Below, piece by piece: positions 15,801 to 23,786 of a DNA stretch of 25,052 nucleotides. The stretch lies in assembly GCA_038999215.1 (NCBI GenBank), contig JAWABM010000010.1, forward strand, positions 1 through 25,052. The letters run 5' to 3'. The first letter of the stretch is position 1. Each line of letters begins with the position of its first letter. The notes beneath the pieces were generated by a model that was not told the origin of the DNA, ran no database searches, and saw only the letters and a program-made list of their open reading frames with translations. The translations under genes and the position numbers were made by a program. This DNA comes from Candidatus Aenigmatarchaeota archaeon. Its GTDB lineage: Archaea; Aenigmatarchaeota; Aenigmatarchaeia; Aenigmatarchaeales; JACQIB01.

Positions 15801-17704
15801 TTCGTGTTGTTGACGAGCGCCGTGAACGTCACCGAATCTCCTGTCTGCGGGCCCTCGGGGCTGCTCGAGATGGATTCTATCTTAAGGTCGGGCTGCGGAT
15901 CGCTGTACCCGTAGCAGCGCGGCATTATCGTGACGTTGTCGCTCGCGTTCAGCGGTTCGTAGCCGCTCGCGCTGCAGTTCACTTTCCAATTGTAGTCGCC
16001 TGCCGAAGCGAACGTCCTGTTGTACTGGAACAGGCCTATCGTGGCGTTCCATGCCATTGTCGCGGGGCTCGTGAAGTTTATCGTGCAAGCGGCTCCTGCA
16101 GGCGGAAGCCCGCTGCTGTTCGTGTAGTTCGCGAAGAACCTCGTTCTCTCGTTCTCCCTCCTTATCTGCCCGCCGTATGGCATTCCTTCGTCTGTCTCGT
16201 CCCATATTGTCAGGTTCGTGTCCGCGCCGAAGGCGAAGCCTGTGAAGTGAGAGACCGTGAACGTGAGGTTTCCGCCGACGCAGGTTATGCCTGTGCAGGA
16301 CGGGTCGCTCGTCCCGCCGCACTCCTGCATCATGGAGATTATGCTGTCCCTGTTGGAGAACGTGCCCGAGCCGTAGTATATCTTGCCCGGGCAGTTCGAG
16401 TTGTACATCGTCAGCGTGGCGCTGTGGTTGAACGTCTGGTCCAGCGAGCCCGTGTCCACTGACACGAACCCGTCGCCTATCTCGACGTTCGCGTCGTAGT
16501 CCTGGCGGCTTGCATTGACGCCGTAGTCGCTGGCGAATGTTATCTTCCCGTGCTGGCTGCCGAGGACCATGCCCTGCACGTTCTCTATGTCAGGCACGTT
16601 GGCAAAATCGGTCGTGCCGTATTGTGTCCCGAACTCGCTCATCGCAGGAAGCGGCGTTTCCTGTTCGGCGCCCACGGAATACGACGGCGGATTCGGGGTG
16701 TATTTGTAGACCTTGACGTTGTCGAAGGACGCCATAACATAATCGGCCATGTATTGCACTCCGGCCCTCAGCGAGAACCTTGTGCCGCCCGTGAACGAGA
16801 CCGCGGCCGAATGCGACTGGACGTCCATGGCCATGCCTCCGTTGTCAACGGAGCCGTATCCCATGGAGCCGTCGTACGCCACAGTGAACGGACGCGAACT
16901 CCATTCATACGGGTCGTACCCCAGGTTGAACGTCTGGGCCGCGCCGTCAAACCATTCCGCAACAAGGTCGTTCTCCCACGTGCTGTCGTCGTACCTGTCG
17001 CCGAAGCAGTAGTAGCCTCCGACCGTGCCCTCAACGCAGGGCTTGAAATAATGCCCCCCTGCGTAATCCCAGAAGCTCGCCTCCGCCTCCATTGCGACCG
17101 GGTATGTCCATGCGGCGTTCGTCTTCACGCTCGCGTAGTCGCCGTCGAAGAATCCTGAGCCGAATATCGCAAGGGACCCCTCCGACGCATCGGCATGTAT
17201 ATGGCCGGGCTCTTCCGCCGTCCAAAGCGCGGTATTCAGCGACCCGCTCCCGAAGTCGTCGAAAAGCAGGAAGGTGGCGGTTCCGTTTTTTCCTGCGCTC
17301 GCTCCCGAGTTGCCGTAGTACATTGTTATGTCCCTGCTTTCGCCCGCCGCAAGGTGCGGTATTTTGACCCAGACGGGCGTCTGGGAAGACCTGCAGTCCC
17401 CGTCCTTTATCCAGTAGCTGAGTTCCGCGCCGTCGGAATCAAGGAACCTGAGGTCGTCGCAGTTCCATTGTACTTTTCCCTCGAGCCACAGCGTCTCGGT
17501 GTCTATGAGCATTTTCAGGCTGTAATTTGTGAGGCTAAAGCCGGAATTCTCGTTTAGCGTTATGTTCCTCCTGTACTGCCAACCCGATTTGTCCCATATC
17601 GCATACGCTGTTGGCTGGAAGTTCAGAAGGAATGACAATGCGGAAATCGCCAGGCCTATCGCCAATATAATGACAAAGGCCTGCCTATGATTCCCGTTCT
17701 TCAT
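12869..17704 (-). CDS. Large secreted, membrane-anchored surface glycoprotein (DUF2341, CARDB, PQQ-like beta-propeller, Ig-like, Cys-rich, C-terminal TM)
   Basis: Signal peptide; WQYRRNITL..DDLRF..VWVKIP..MYYGN; PDLKIESI...ANETNN; DWPT...RHG plus repeated A.DA.TG...W blades; many NxS/T sequons; C-terminal TM with a basic tail. Confidence 0.9.
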   Translation of the reverse strand: MKNGNHRQAFVIILAIGLAISALSFLLNFQPTAYAIWDKSGWQYRRNITLNENSGFSLTNYSLKMLIDTETLWLEGKVQWNCDDLRFLDSDGAELSYWIKDGDCRSSQTPVWVKIPHLAAGESRDITMYYGNSGASAGKNGTATFLLFDDFGSGSLNTALWTAEEPGHIHADASEGSLAIFGSGFFDGDYASVKTNAAWTYPVAMEAEASFWDYAGGHYFKPCVEGTVGGYYCFGDRYDDSTWENDLVAEWFDGAAQTFNLGYDPYEWSSRPFTVAYDGSMGYGSVDNGGMAMDVQSHSAAVSFTGGTRFSLRAGVQYMADYVMASFDNVKVYKYTPNPPSYSVGAEQETPLPAMSEFGTQYGTTDFANVPDIENVQGMVLGSQHGKITFASDYGVNASRQDYDANVEIGDGFVSVDTGSLDQTFNHSATLTMYNSNCPGKIYYGSGTFSNRDSIISMMQECGGTSDPSCTGITCVGGNLTFTVSHFTGFAFGADTNLTIWDETDEGMPYGGQIRRENERTRFFANYTNSSGLPPAGAACTINFTSPATMAWNATIGLFQYNRTFASAGDYNWKVNCSASGYEPLNASDNVTIMPRCYGYSDPQPDLKIESISSSPEGPQTGDSVTFTALVNNTKCYNISTPFKVSFFLDGANTANATITSMLGGTTARANFTWTAASELHDTHAIADPDNSVSEANETNNRLNSSIGVDWPTTQQGHDRHGYANTDGPLTNFVIWSRQLPAGIWDRAMVVADGKVFAGNRDGVYVYDAKSGNPIWNTTIGAGYQYPDAWMSVAKGILFTGTSNTDNRVHAFNASTGERIWNVSVGGESGFAEYYNGMLISSRNPNISARNASTGASIWSTNVGGMTWGSPAIYNGVVYSGNYNYTFLALDAQTGTRLWIRDFQKWFYAPPSFAYGNIYAGISEDFGSGKEFYAMNPANGATVWVVNSTGGTDVPTAVHDGKVFFGGGTTVYARDAHTGAAVWSRNIGGSFVATAPVISRNGVVYVAKQQDNVLYALNETNGDVIWSYNVPGSSEGGQPLVLALHDGTLFMTTQQGIIYAFGPKPNITASQQYNDTAVDRDSSDASTADEIQLSVSLSNNASGVSIEFYGKLIEPSYFAGEYHIGTNSSVNGVATYLWNPNSTFHAGKYVWYGKNANYNTLDNSTLRLYGGMNTSFRHADKDPNASYNGTDSAVVSALAEFKGNESVGAMKDAYNFNYNATFVKPSGGRTSFGLTNQTDISAPTEYVANGTVYSCMKISESGHYIDFSDDLVPAPIPNGVSLGSGYYLRWTCDAGTCPDYYGKEYEIVDSWDQGSWWGNSLDYFGLQGWFGCDGSPGSNANGWTFAVFTNNTVIVRYWNGTSNLTSETGTWTALLNATADWFFMNDTTSRTFTVTAPSNAANQTGVAGETRAEQATYYPNRTVEMSFGGTQLKGGIDRVSVGRGSTGELALVLRNLGTTSLYNLGLKTTGPAADWVRLQWQTIDLGYREEKGILLTVDVPESAAPGEYEVTIEISSQYIRGQTASFIIEVPAQCPVCPTAGEWSECVGGEMTRAVSRCGPETGYECQPDTERRTCALPQAPPYGLAIGAIAAGLIIISGRRYWKAPNKARR

Positions 17705-17730
17705 AAGGATTATTAAGAATTTTCATGTTT

Positions 17731-18138
17731 TTATATGCCTTTCACGGCGCTCTTTGCCCCGCAGGCCTCGCAGCGCAGAAACCAGAGCCGGTCCTCCTTC
17801 TCCAGCCGTGTGTCCGGCCGCGTGCATTCCTTGCAGATGACGTACTCCTTCACGTACGCCTCGAGCTTGGCCTGCATCGTCTTCTGCGGTATCTTGGACT
17901 GGAACACGGCCCTGGCGCCGTCGATGCTCGCCGGCGAGGCCAGCTCCTTCGACAGGTACTTGAGAAGGTGCTTCGGGTCGCGCCGCAGCGCCTCGCACAC
18001 CGCTGAGAAGTTCCTGAATATGGTCTGCGTCCCCTGGGGAAGCACGTCCGCCACCGGCATCTCGAAGCGCTCGCCCGTGTCCGCCCTCTTGGGCATATTT
18101 TCTATGGCGCGTTTGAGCATCTGTTCGTAGGTCTCCAT
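17731..18138 (-). CDS. eif2b: Translation initiation factor 2 beta subunit
   Basis: ERFEMP, RNF...L.RDPKHL.KYL.KELA, YVICKECTRPDT, CEACGA. Confidence 0.97.
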   Translation of the reverse strand: METYEQMLKRAIENMPKRADTGERFEMPVADVLPQGTQTIFRNFSAVCEALRRDPKHLLKYLSKELASPASIDGARAVFQSKIPQKTMQAKLEAYVKEYVICKECTRPDTRLEKEDRLWFLRCEACGAKSAVKGI

Positions 18139-18186
18139 GATTATCACTTGTCGGGAGCAGTATAAAAAATCATATCCTTTTTGCGC

Positions 18187-18618
18187 TCATTTCAGCCTGT
18201 ATGCGCCCCCCTCATCTTTGATGACGCCTGTGCAGGAGGCCGCGTCGAGCGCGGCAAGCGCCGCCTCGCTGTCCATTCCGAACTCCCATCTCATTATTTC
18301 GAGAACCGCCTTGCGCGTAGCCAGCCCCGTGCATCCCGCCTTGGCAGCCGCAGCCATCGCGCACATCGCGCCTGCCCATTTCAGCCTCAGGCTGTTGCCT
18401 TTCGAGGGCTCGGCTTCGAACATTTTCTTCGCAGAATCGTAGACCTCCTTCCTTCCATCGATGATGTCGTCATAGAACTCCTCCAGCCGCGCCGCGTCCG
18501 ACCTGAACCGCTCCTCCATTCTTTTCATTTCCTCGTACAGGGCACTCACGGTGTTCAGGTACCCTGAGCTCAGCTTGTCTTCTTGTTCGCATGTCATTCT
18601 TGCAGCCATAAGGATCAT
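18187..18618 (-). CDS. Hypothetical helical protein
   Basis: ATGA overlap with the stop of the RPA-like gene; host-like codons. Confidence 0.7.
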   Translation of the reverse strand: MILMAARMTCEQEDKLSSGYLNTVSALYEEMKRMEERFRSDAARLEEFYDDIIDGRKEVYDSAKKMFEAEPSKGNSLRLKWAGAMCAMAAAAKAGCTGLATRKAVLEIMRWEFGMDSEAALAALDAASCTGVIKDEGGAYRLK

Positions 18619-19370
18619 ATCTTCTTTATCCTTCCTGCCTTGGGCTCGAAGCACACGCCTGATTCCAGCAAATCCTGTATTGTCGCGTCGACCAGGCTCT
18701 CAGGCAGGCCGGATTTCCTAAGTATCTCCCCGTAGTCCGCGCCGTTGCCCATGTCCTTTTCTTCTATAATCTTCAGTACGGCCTCCTTGGCCCTGCTGTT
18801 TTCCTCGCTCTTCTTCTCGCTCTCAGCCTCTATTAGCTCCTGGGCCTCGAGTATCGACTCCGCGTCCTCGTTGCTTATCCCCTGCTTGAGCGCTACGGCC
18901 TTGAGCTCGTTCAGGTCCGCCGTCTGCTCCTTTAGCTCGAAGACGGCCTTTACTTTCCTTTTCTGCTCGTCTTCCTGCCTCTTGAGCTCCAACATCCTCA
19001 GCGTCTCCATGTTCGCCTCCTCCTTCCTTACGCTTTCGGGCACTATGTAAATCTCGCCGTTGTATTCCCTCACTTTGCCCATCACGCTCACGAGGTCTCC
19101 GGGGTTTATTCTGTCGAACATCTTCGTGTTCACGAAGACCTTGCAGCGCATGGTCTCAGTGCCGTCGTCGAGCGTTATCGTGGCGTAGTTGCCGTCCTCG
19201 CTCAGGAACTTGTCCACGACCAGGCCGAGCACCATCACCCTTGAAAGCCTCCTGCCGAGCCGCGAGAGCACGTAGTTGCTCTCGAACCCGCTCTTCTGCA
19301 CGAACCTTCCGTGAACTATCTCCGAAAGCGGAGCCTTCTTCGCGGTCAGCCTTTGCCTGTCTATTGCCAT
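18615..19370 (-). CDS. RPA32/Rpa2-like OB-fold ssDNA-binding protein with C-terminal winged helix
   Basis: SRVMVLGLVV, TLDDGTETM, V.VMGKVREYNGE OB fold; C-terminal I..LLESG.CFEPK.GRIK. Confidence 0.82.
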   Translation of the reverse strand: MAIDRQRLTAKKAPLSEIVHGRFVQKSGFESNYVLSRLGRRLSRVMVLGLVVDKFLSEDGNYATITLDDGTETMRCKVFVNTKMFDRINPGDLVSVMGKVREYNGEIYIVPESVRKEEANMETLRMLELKRQEDEQKRKVKAVFELKEQTADLNELKAVALKQGISNEDAESILEAQELIEAESEKKSEENSRAKEAVLKIIEEKDMGNGADYGEILRKSGLPESLVDATIQDLLESGVCFEPKAGRIKKI

Positions 19371-19373
19371 CCT

Positions 19374-21374
19374 TCACACCTTCTGTATGTAGTTCGACTT
19401 GGGCTCGAATATGACCCCTTCCTTCTTCAGCCTCTGCACGAGATCTTCCACATCCCTCTCCGATATGCCCTCGTCCTGGGCGGTGGCCTTGACCTCTTCT
19501 ATCGGTACCGGTCTCCCTATGGTCTTCTCGAGCTTCTCGATGACGTCTATGACCTTGAGGAGCTTGTTCCTCTGCGAGCTCGAAACGCCCTCGGTCTTGT
19601 CTATGTCTATCTTGCCTGTCTCTGCGTCGAACCCGAGCTGCCTAATAGAATATTCCATAATCTTTATTACCCTTTCGGCGTCCTGTACCTCGACCTTCTT
19701 GCTGAGCCTTATTTTCGCCGCCGCTTCCGCGAGCCTTATCAGGGCCTCGTACTGGCGGAGCGTTATGGGTATCGAAGCCCCTCCCTGACCAGCGTACATG
19801 TTCCTCATTGTAATATAAAAGTTTTTGATTCGTTCGGCTGCCTCGGGCGTCATCTTCGGGAAGCAGTTGTGCCTTGCATAAGCGATGTACTTCCTCAGCA
19901 GGTCTGTGTCTATCGCCGGCTTTATCACGTCCGGGCTGAGCCTGGCGTCCATCACGTGGTCGGCTATCCTCTCATCCACCGCCTTGTCCGGCACGTCCCT
20001 CAGTGCGAACTTGAGGTCGAACCTGCTCAGCAGCGTGTCAGGGATGTCGGTCTGTTCGGCCGTGGATTTGAACGGGTCGAACCTGCTGTACTTCGGATTC
20101 GCGCCCGCAAGGACCGCGGTCTGCGACGGCAGCGTAGCCACGATGGTGGCCTTAGCCACCGATATTGTCTGCGTGGACATCGCCTCGTGCATGGCCACCT
20201 GGTCGTCCTTGTGCATCTTGTCGAACTCGTCTATCGCGATTATCCCCTTGTGGCAGAGTACCATCGCGCCCGCTTCGAGCACCCAGCCTCCCATGAACTC
20301 CTCGTCCTTGGTGACGCTCGCCGTGAGGCCAACGCCCGTGACGCCCTTTCCTGACACGTACTTGCCGCGCGGGATTATCTTCGAGACGAGCTTGAGCAGC
20401 TGGGTCTTTCCGACCGAAGGGTCTCCCAGAAGCAGTATGTGGATGTCGCCGCGCACCCTTGTCCCGTCCGCCAGGTGCTGGGGTACCCCGCCGAACAGCT
20501 GGTAGGCGATCGCTTCCTTCACCTCGTCCATCCCGTACATGGACGTGGCTATCGAATCCACTATCTTCTTGTATATGTCCGGGTCCGCTGCCATTTCCAT
20601 TATCTTGCGCTCGTCCTCCGGAGTCACGTTGACCTCCTCCCATTCGATTTCCGTGGGCTCGATGTGGTTCGCCTCGATGAAGATGTCAAGCTGCGTCTTC
20701 GCTCCCGCCTTCGTGAACTTCCTTATCTCCTTGACTATGCCGCCTATCTTCAGCCTGTTGCCGGGGTCGGTCTTCCTGTGCATCTCCGGGGTCGTGAGGT
20801 CGTCGCGCAGGTAGACGTTTATCGTCCCCGGCCTCTCTGCCGTGGCGACGTCGAACGGCTCCTCTATGGTGAGCCATCTCATGTCGTACATCCTCTTGTC
20901 GACCATCGTGAATCCGGTCTTGTTCCCGCATTCGCAGAACGACGGCGGCCTCACTATCCTCTCCTTCTGCTCGACATCGATAAGAGTCCCGCACGCCGGG
21001 CATTTGAACCTGGCCTGGTAGATTTCCGGCCTGACCTCGCTCGCCCTGCGCACCACGCCCTCGACGCAGATGAGCTTGCCCATGTGGTCCGCCCGCAGGT
21101 TCCTTATCCTGACCGTGCTCTCCTTCGGCAGGTTCTTGAAGCGCGGCTCGAGCTTTACCGAGCCTTCCGGCAGGTCTATGTTGGCCATGGCCCGCCTGGC
21201 TTCATCCAGGACGACTGCCGGGTCGTTGAGAAGCTTCTCCGCCAGCCTGTGGTCGAACCTCTCGAGCAGCGAGAAGTCTATTTCGACCGACTTCCTTCCC
21301 TTCGCGGCAGCGGCCATCAGCTCCTTCTGGCAATGCTGCCTGAAAAACTCCTCGAACACCTCGGCTTCCGCCAT
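19374..21374 (-). CDS. mcm: Replicative MCM helicase
   Basis: Zn finger CPAC..CEC, Walker A GDPSVGKTQ, Walker B IDEFDKM, arginine finger SRFD, T.RQ.E..IRL, C-terminal wHTH; no intein. Start at ATG 21374 after GGGGTAAGG. Confidence 0.98.
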   Translation of the reverse strand: MAEAEVFEEFFRQHCQKELMAAAAKGRKSVEIDFSLLERFDHRLAEKLLNDPAVVLDEARRAMANIDLPEGSVKLEPRFKNLPKESTVRIRNLRADHMGKLICVEGVVRRASEVRPEIYQARFKCPACGTLIDVEQKERIVRPPSFCECGNKTGFTMVDKRMYDMRWLTIEEPFDVATAERPGTINVYLRDDLTTPEMHRKTDPGNRLKIGGIVKEIRKFTKAGAKTQLDIFIEANHIEPTEIEWEEVNVTPEDERKIMEMAADPDIYKKIVDSIATSMYGMDEVKEAIAYQLFGGVPQHLADGTRVRGDIHILLLGDPSVGKTQLLKLVSKIIPRGKYVSGKGVTGVGLTASVTKDEEFMGGWVLEAGAMVLCHKGIIAIDEFDKMHKDDQVAMHEAMSTQTISVAKATIVATLPSQTAVLAGANPKYSRFDPFKSTAEQTDIPDTLLSRFDLKFALRDVPDKAVDERIADHVMDARLSPDVIKPAIDTDLLRKYIAYARHNCFPKMTPEAAERIKNFYITMRNMYAGQGGASIPITLRQYEALIRLAEAAAKIRLSKKVEVQDAERVIKIMEYSIRQLGFDAETGKIDIDKTEGVSSSQRNKLLKVIDVIEKLEKTIGRPVPIEEVKATAQDEGISERDVEDLVQRLKKEGVIFEPKSNYIQKV

Positions 21375-21394
21375 CCTTACCCCCTGAACGCGCA

Positions 21395-21928
21395 TCACAT
21401 GCTCTTGATGCGCTTGTTGAGCTTTGCAACGGCCTTCTCAACGTCCTTTATGCTCCTGCCCCCCGTGCATATTATCTTGCCTGAACCGAAAAGCAGGAAC
21501 GTGACCTTCGGGTCGTCCATCCTGAACACGAGCCCCGGGAATTGCTCCGGCTCGTATTCCGTGTTCTCCAGCTCGAACGCTATCTGGTCGAGGTTCAGCT
21601 CGCCCTCGAGCTTCGCGCTCGCCACTATGTTCTCTAGCTTTATCTTGTGGTCCCTCGGGACCCTGATTCCCAGTCCCCTGAGCTTTGCTACTATCTTGCC
21701 TATCACGAGTTTTGCGTCCTTCGGGCTCTTCGCCCCTGTGCAGACTATCTTTCCTGAGGAGAATATCAGCGCCGCCGCCTTCGGGCTCGGCATCCTGAGA
21801 ACGACCCCCGGGAACTGCTCCGGCTCGTACTCGACGCCTTCCAGCCCCCCGACGACCTTCTCGAGTTTCACTGCGACGCCCAAAGAAGCAGACGCGACGA
21901 CATTCTCTATCTTTATCCTGAACGGCAT
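21395..21928 (-). CDS. tbp: TATA-binding protein
   Basis: Two repeats of ENVVAS...EYEPEQFPG...FSSGKI.CTG; SD GAGGAGGT. Confidence 0.98.
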   Translation of the reverse strand: MPFRIKIENVVASASLGVAVKLEKVVGGLEGVEYEPEQFPGVVLRMPSPKAAALIFSSGKIVCTGAKSPKDAKLVIGKIVAKLRGLGIRVPRDHKIKLENIVASAKLEGELNLDQIAFELENTEYEPEQFPGLVFRMDDPKVTFLLFGSGKIICTGGRSIKDVEKAVAKLNKRIKSM

Positions 21929-21996
21929 TTAGACATTACCTCCTCTATTTTATGCGCGGAAAATTTTTGGAGAGTTATTTCTTATTGGCATTTCAG

Positions 21997-22016
21997 CTAT
22001 TTAAATACTATTTAAA
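21997..22016 (-). promoter_or_regulatory. Tandem TATA boxes upstream of tbp
   Basis: Minus strand TTTAAATAG occurs twice with an 11-bp period. Confidence 0.65.
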
Positions 22017-22049
22017 GGGACTCCATCACATAAAGGTGATGAAAAGAAT

Positions 22050-22364
22050 TCACTCCTCGTCTTCGAGCGGTATCTTCCTCTTCTCCGCAATCTTCTCGAC
22101 GGCCTCTATCATCTTCTGCGAATCGGCGTACAATCCCGCCGCCTCGCCTGCCAGGCTTTCCATCCTTTTCTCCGCGCAGTCCCTCTGCAGGCCGAGCGCC
22201 ATACCCCCTATCTTCAACGCCCTCTCGTGCGCCTCCAGCACCTCCTCTTCCGTCGGCTCGTACTCCCCCCTCTCCATCCTTCTGATGAGCGGGAAGATCT
22301 CTCCGTAGGCCTTCCCTTTCAGCTCCTCTATCGCCGTTTTTGCCCGCTTCTTTTCCTGGAACAT
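22050..22364 (-). CDS. Hypothetical protein, 104 aa
   Basis: Start moved to ATG 22364 to avoid overlap with the upstream gene; charged helical composition. Confidence 0.7.
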   Translation of the reverse strand: MFQEKKRAKTAIEELKGKAYGEIFPLIRRMERGEYEPTEEEVLEAHERALKIGGMALGLQRDCAEKRMESLAGEAAGLYADSQKMIEAVEKIAEKRKIPLEDEE

Positions 22365-22395
22365 GAAAGCACCGCTATTTTTTTCTTTTCCTTGC

Positions 22396-23325
22396 TTAAA
22401 TCCTTCTCGCTTCCTCCGCGTAATCCGCGAACGTCTTCTTTTGCGTGCTGATCCCGAGTATGTCCTCGAGCTCATCCAGCGCCTGAAGGCTCGTCTGGAT
22501 GTAGATGCGCGCCTTGTCCTCGCTCCTCCTTTTCTTCAGCTCCTTTATCTCGTCCTGGTACTTCCTCATCGCCTTGTCCTCCGCTGTCCAGGCGTAGGTC
22601 CTCATCGCGAAGTGCCCGAGGAACGTCCCTGTCACCGCGACCGCACCCCAGTACGGCCACTTGTCGGTCAGCGGAACCGACAGCAGGCCTGCGCCCAACC
22701 CGACAAGAAGCTTCGCGCCCATGCCCTTGAGCTGCTCCACGTACCTCTCGCCAGCGGTCTTGCTCCGCCTTATGTAATTGAGCTCCGCGTCCATCCTGTC
22801 CTTCACCTCCTTCCTGTACTCCTCGTAGTCCTCATCTCTCTCCTTCAGCCTGGATGCCGCGTTCCTCACCGCCTTCCTGTACTGCCAGAGATACTCGTAA
22901 AGCTCCACGAATCTCTTCCTTCTCCTGGACGAGATGCTCCTGTCGGTTTTCTTTTTATACAGGTATTCTAGCTTCTCCTCTATCCTTCTTATTTCCTCGA
23001 AGGAGTCGTTGAGTTCCCTGTCCTTGAGCTTCCTGTACCTCGTCTTCCGCCCCTCCCCGCCGGCGGCCTTCATCCTTTCCTTCATCTTCTTGTCGTTCTT
23101 CCTCTCTATCTCCTTGCTGTCGAGGCCGAGCGCCTCCCTTGACATATATATCCTCTTGTAGTTCTTGGCGTCTATTATGACCCTGCGTGGATGTTCCGTA
23201 TAGCTTATCCAGTCCTTCCTTGCCGAGGGATCTATCTCCCTGCCCTCCTTTTCCCAGGCCTCCTCTATCCTCTTCATGTATTCTATTTCGAAATCTCCGC
23301 TCCTCAATCTTGCCGATGCGAGCAT
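22396..23325 (-). CDS. Hypothetical coiled-coil protein with a hydrophobic hairpin
   Basis: K/R/E-rich helices flank LLVGLGAGLLSV and YWGAVAVTGTFLGHFAM. Confidence 0.8.
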   Translation of the reverse strand: MLASARLRSGDFEIEYMKRIEEAWEKEGREIDPSARKDWISYTEHPRRVIIDAKNYKRIYMSREALGLDSKEIERKNDKKMKERMKAAGGEGRKTRYRKLKDRELNDSFEEIRRIEEKLEYLYKKKTDRSISSRRRKRFVELYEYLWQYRKAVRNAASRLKERDEDYEEYRKEVKDRMDAELNYIRRSKTAGERYVEQLKGMGAKLLVGLGAGLLSVPLTDKWPYWGAVAVTGTFLGHFAMRTYAWTAEDKAMRKYQDEIKELKKRRSEDKARIYIQTSLQALDELEDILGISTQKKTFADYAEEARRI

Positions 23326-23381
23326 CCTGCCACCAAGAAAGGTTTGGGAAGAAAAGGATTTAAGCTGCCTTGAGATCGGCG

Positions 23382-23723
23382 TCAGCCGTCCGTGCCTATG
23401 GACTCAAGCTCCATTATTATCTCGTCCAGTGTCTCGCTGAAGCCCCTGTCGCGAACGACCTCCGGCCTCCTCTTGGGCGGGTCGAAGGCTATCTGTGACG
23501 CCTCGTAATGCATCTTGACGGTCCTGTAGTTGTCATAAGTGCAGACCGTCCTTACTATGCCGTCCTTTGAGAATTCGGAAAAATATCCGCAGCCGCTTTC
23601 CTTGCAGTGCACGGAGGGCGTGAAGTATCCCGGCCTGCCCCTGCGGGGCCTGCCGCGCACCCTCCTCCTGTTCGCCTCGTCGTCGCACCTCACCCAGGTG
23701 CCGTCCGAGAGGTATTCCGCCAT
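23382..23723 (-). CDS. Hypothetical protein with Arg-rich patch and Cys cluster
   Basis: TATA TTTATATA 30 nt upstream; RRRVRGRPRRGRP; HCKESGC...VC. Confidence 0.7.
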   Translation of the reverse strand: MAEYLSDGTWVRCDDEANRRRVRGRPRRGRPGYFTPSVHCKESGCGYFSEFSKDGIVRTVCTYDNYRTVKMHYEASQIAFDPPKRRPEVVRDRGFSETLDEIIMELESIGTDG

Positions 23724-23745
23724 AAAATATCATTGGTGCCAGTGG

Positions 23746-23773
23746 TATATAAAAATATCACTATTAGGTAGTT
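23746..23773 (-). promoter_or_regulatory. Operator-like element copy C, just upstream of a TATA box
   Basis: Minus strand AACTACCTAATAGTGA-TATT-TTTATATA. The 13-mer ACTATTAGGTAGT (23760-23772) is identical to 5739-5751. Confidence 0.7.
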
Positions 23774-23786
23774 ATAAGTAGTGCGC

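Noticed and set aside
14774..16462. 562-aa + strand ORF
   Set aside because: Antisense shadow of the surface-protein gene; R/V/A-rich with no motifs, as expected from GC-rich codon bias.
19311..21932. 347-aa and 497-aa + strand ORFs
   Set aside because: Antisense to mcm and tbp, with no protein-like features.
21913..21936. 7-codon uORF (MSKCRSG) overlapping the tbp start
   Set aside because: Its ATG is only 1 nt from the SD, too close for efficient initiation; likely chance.
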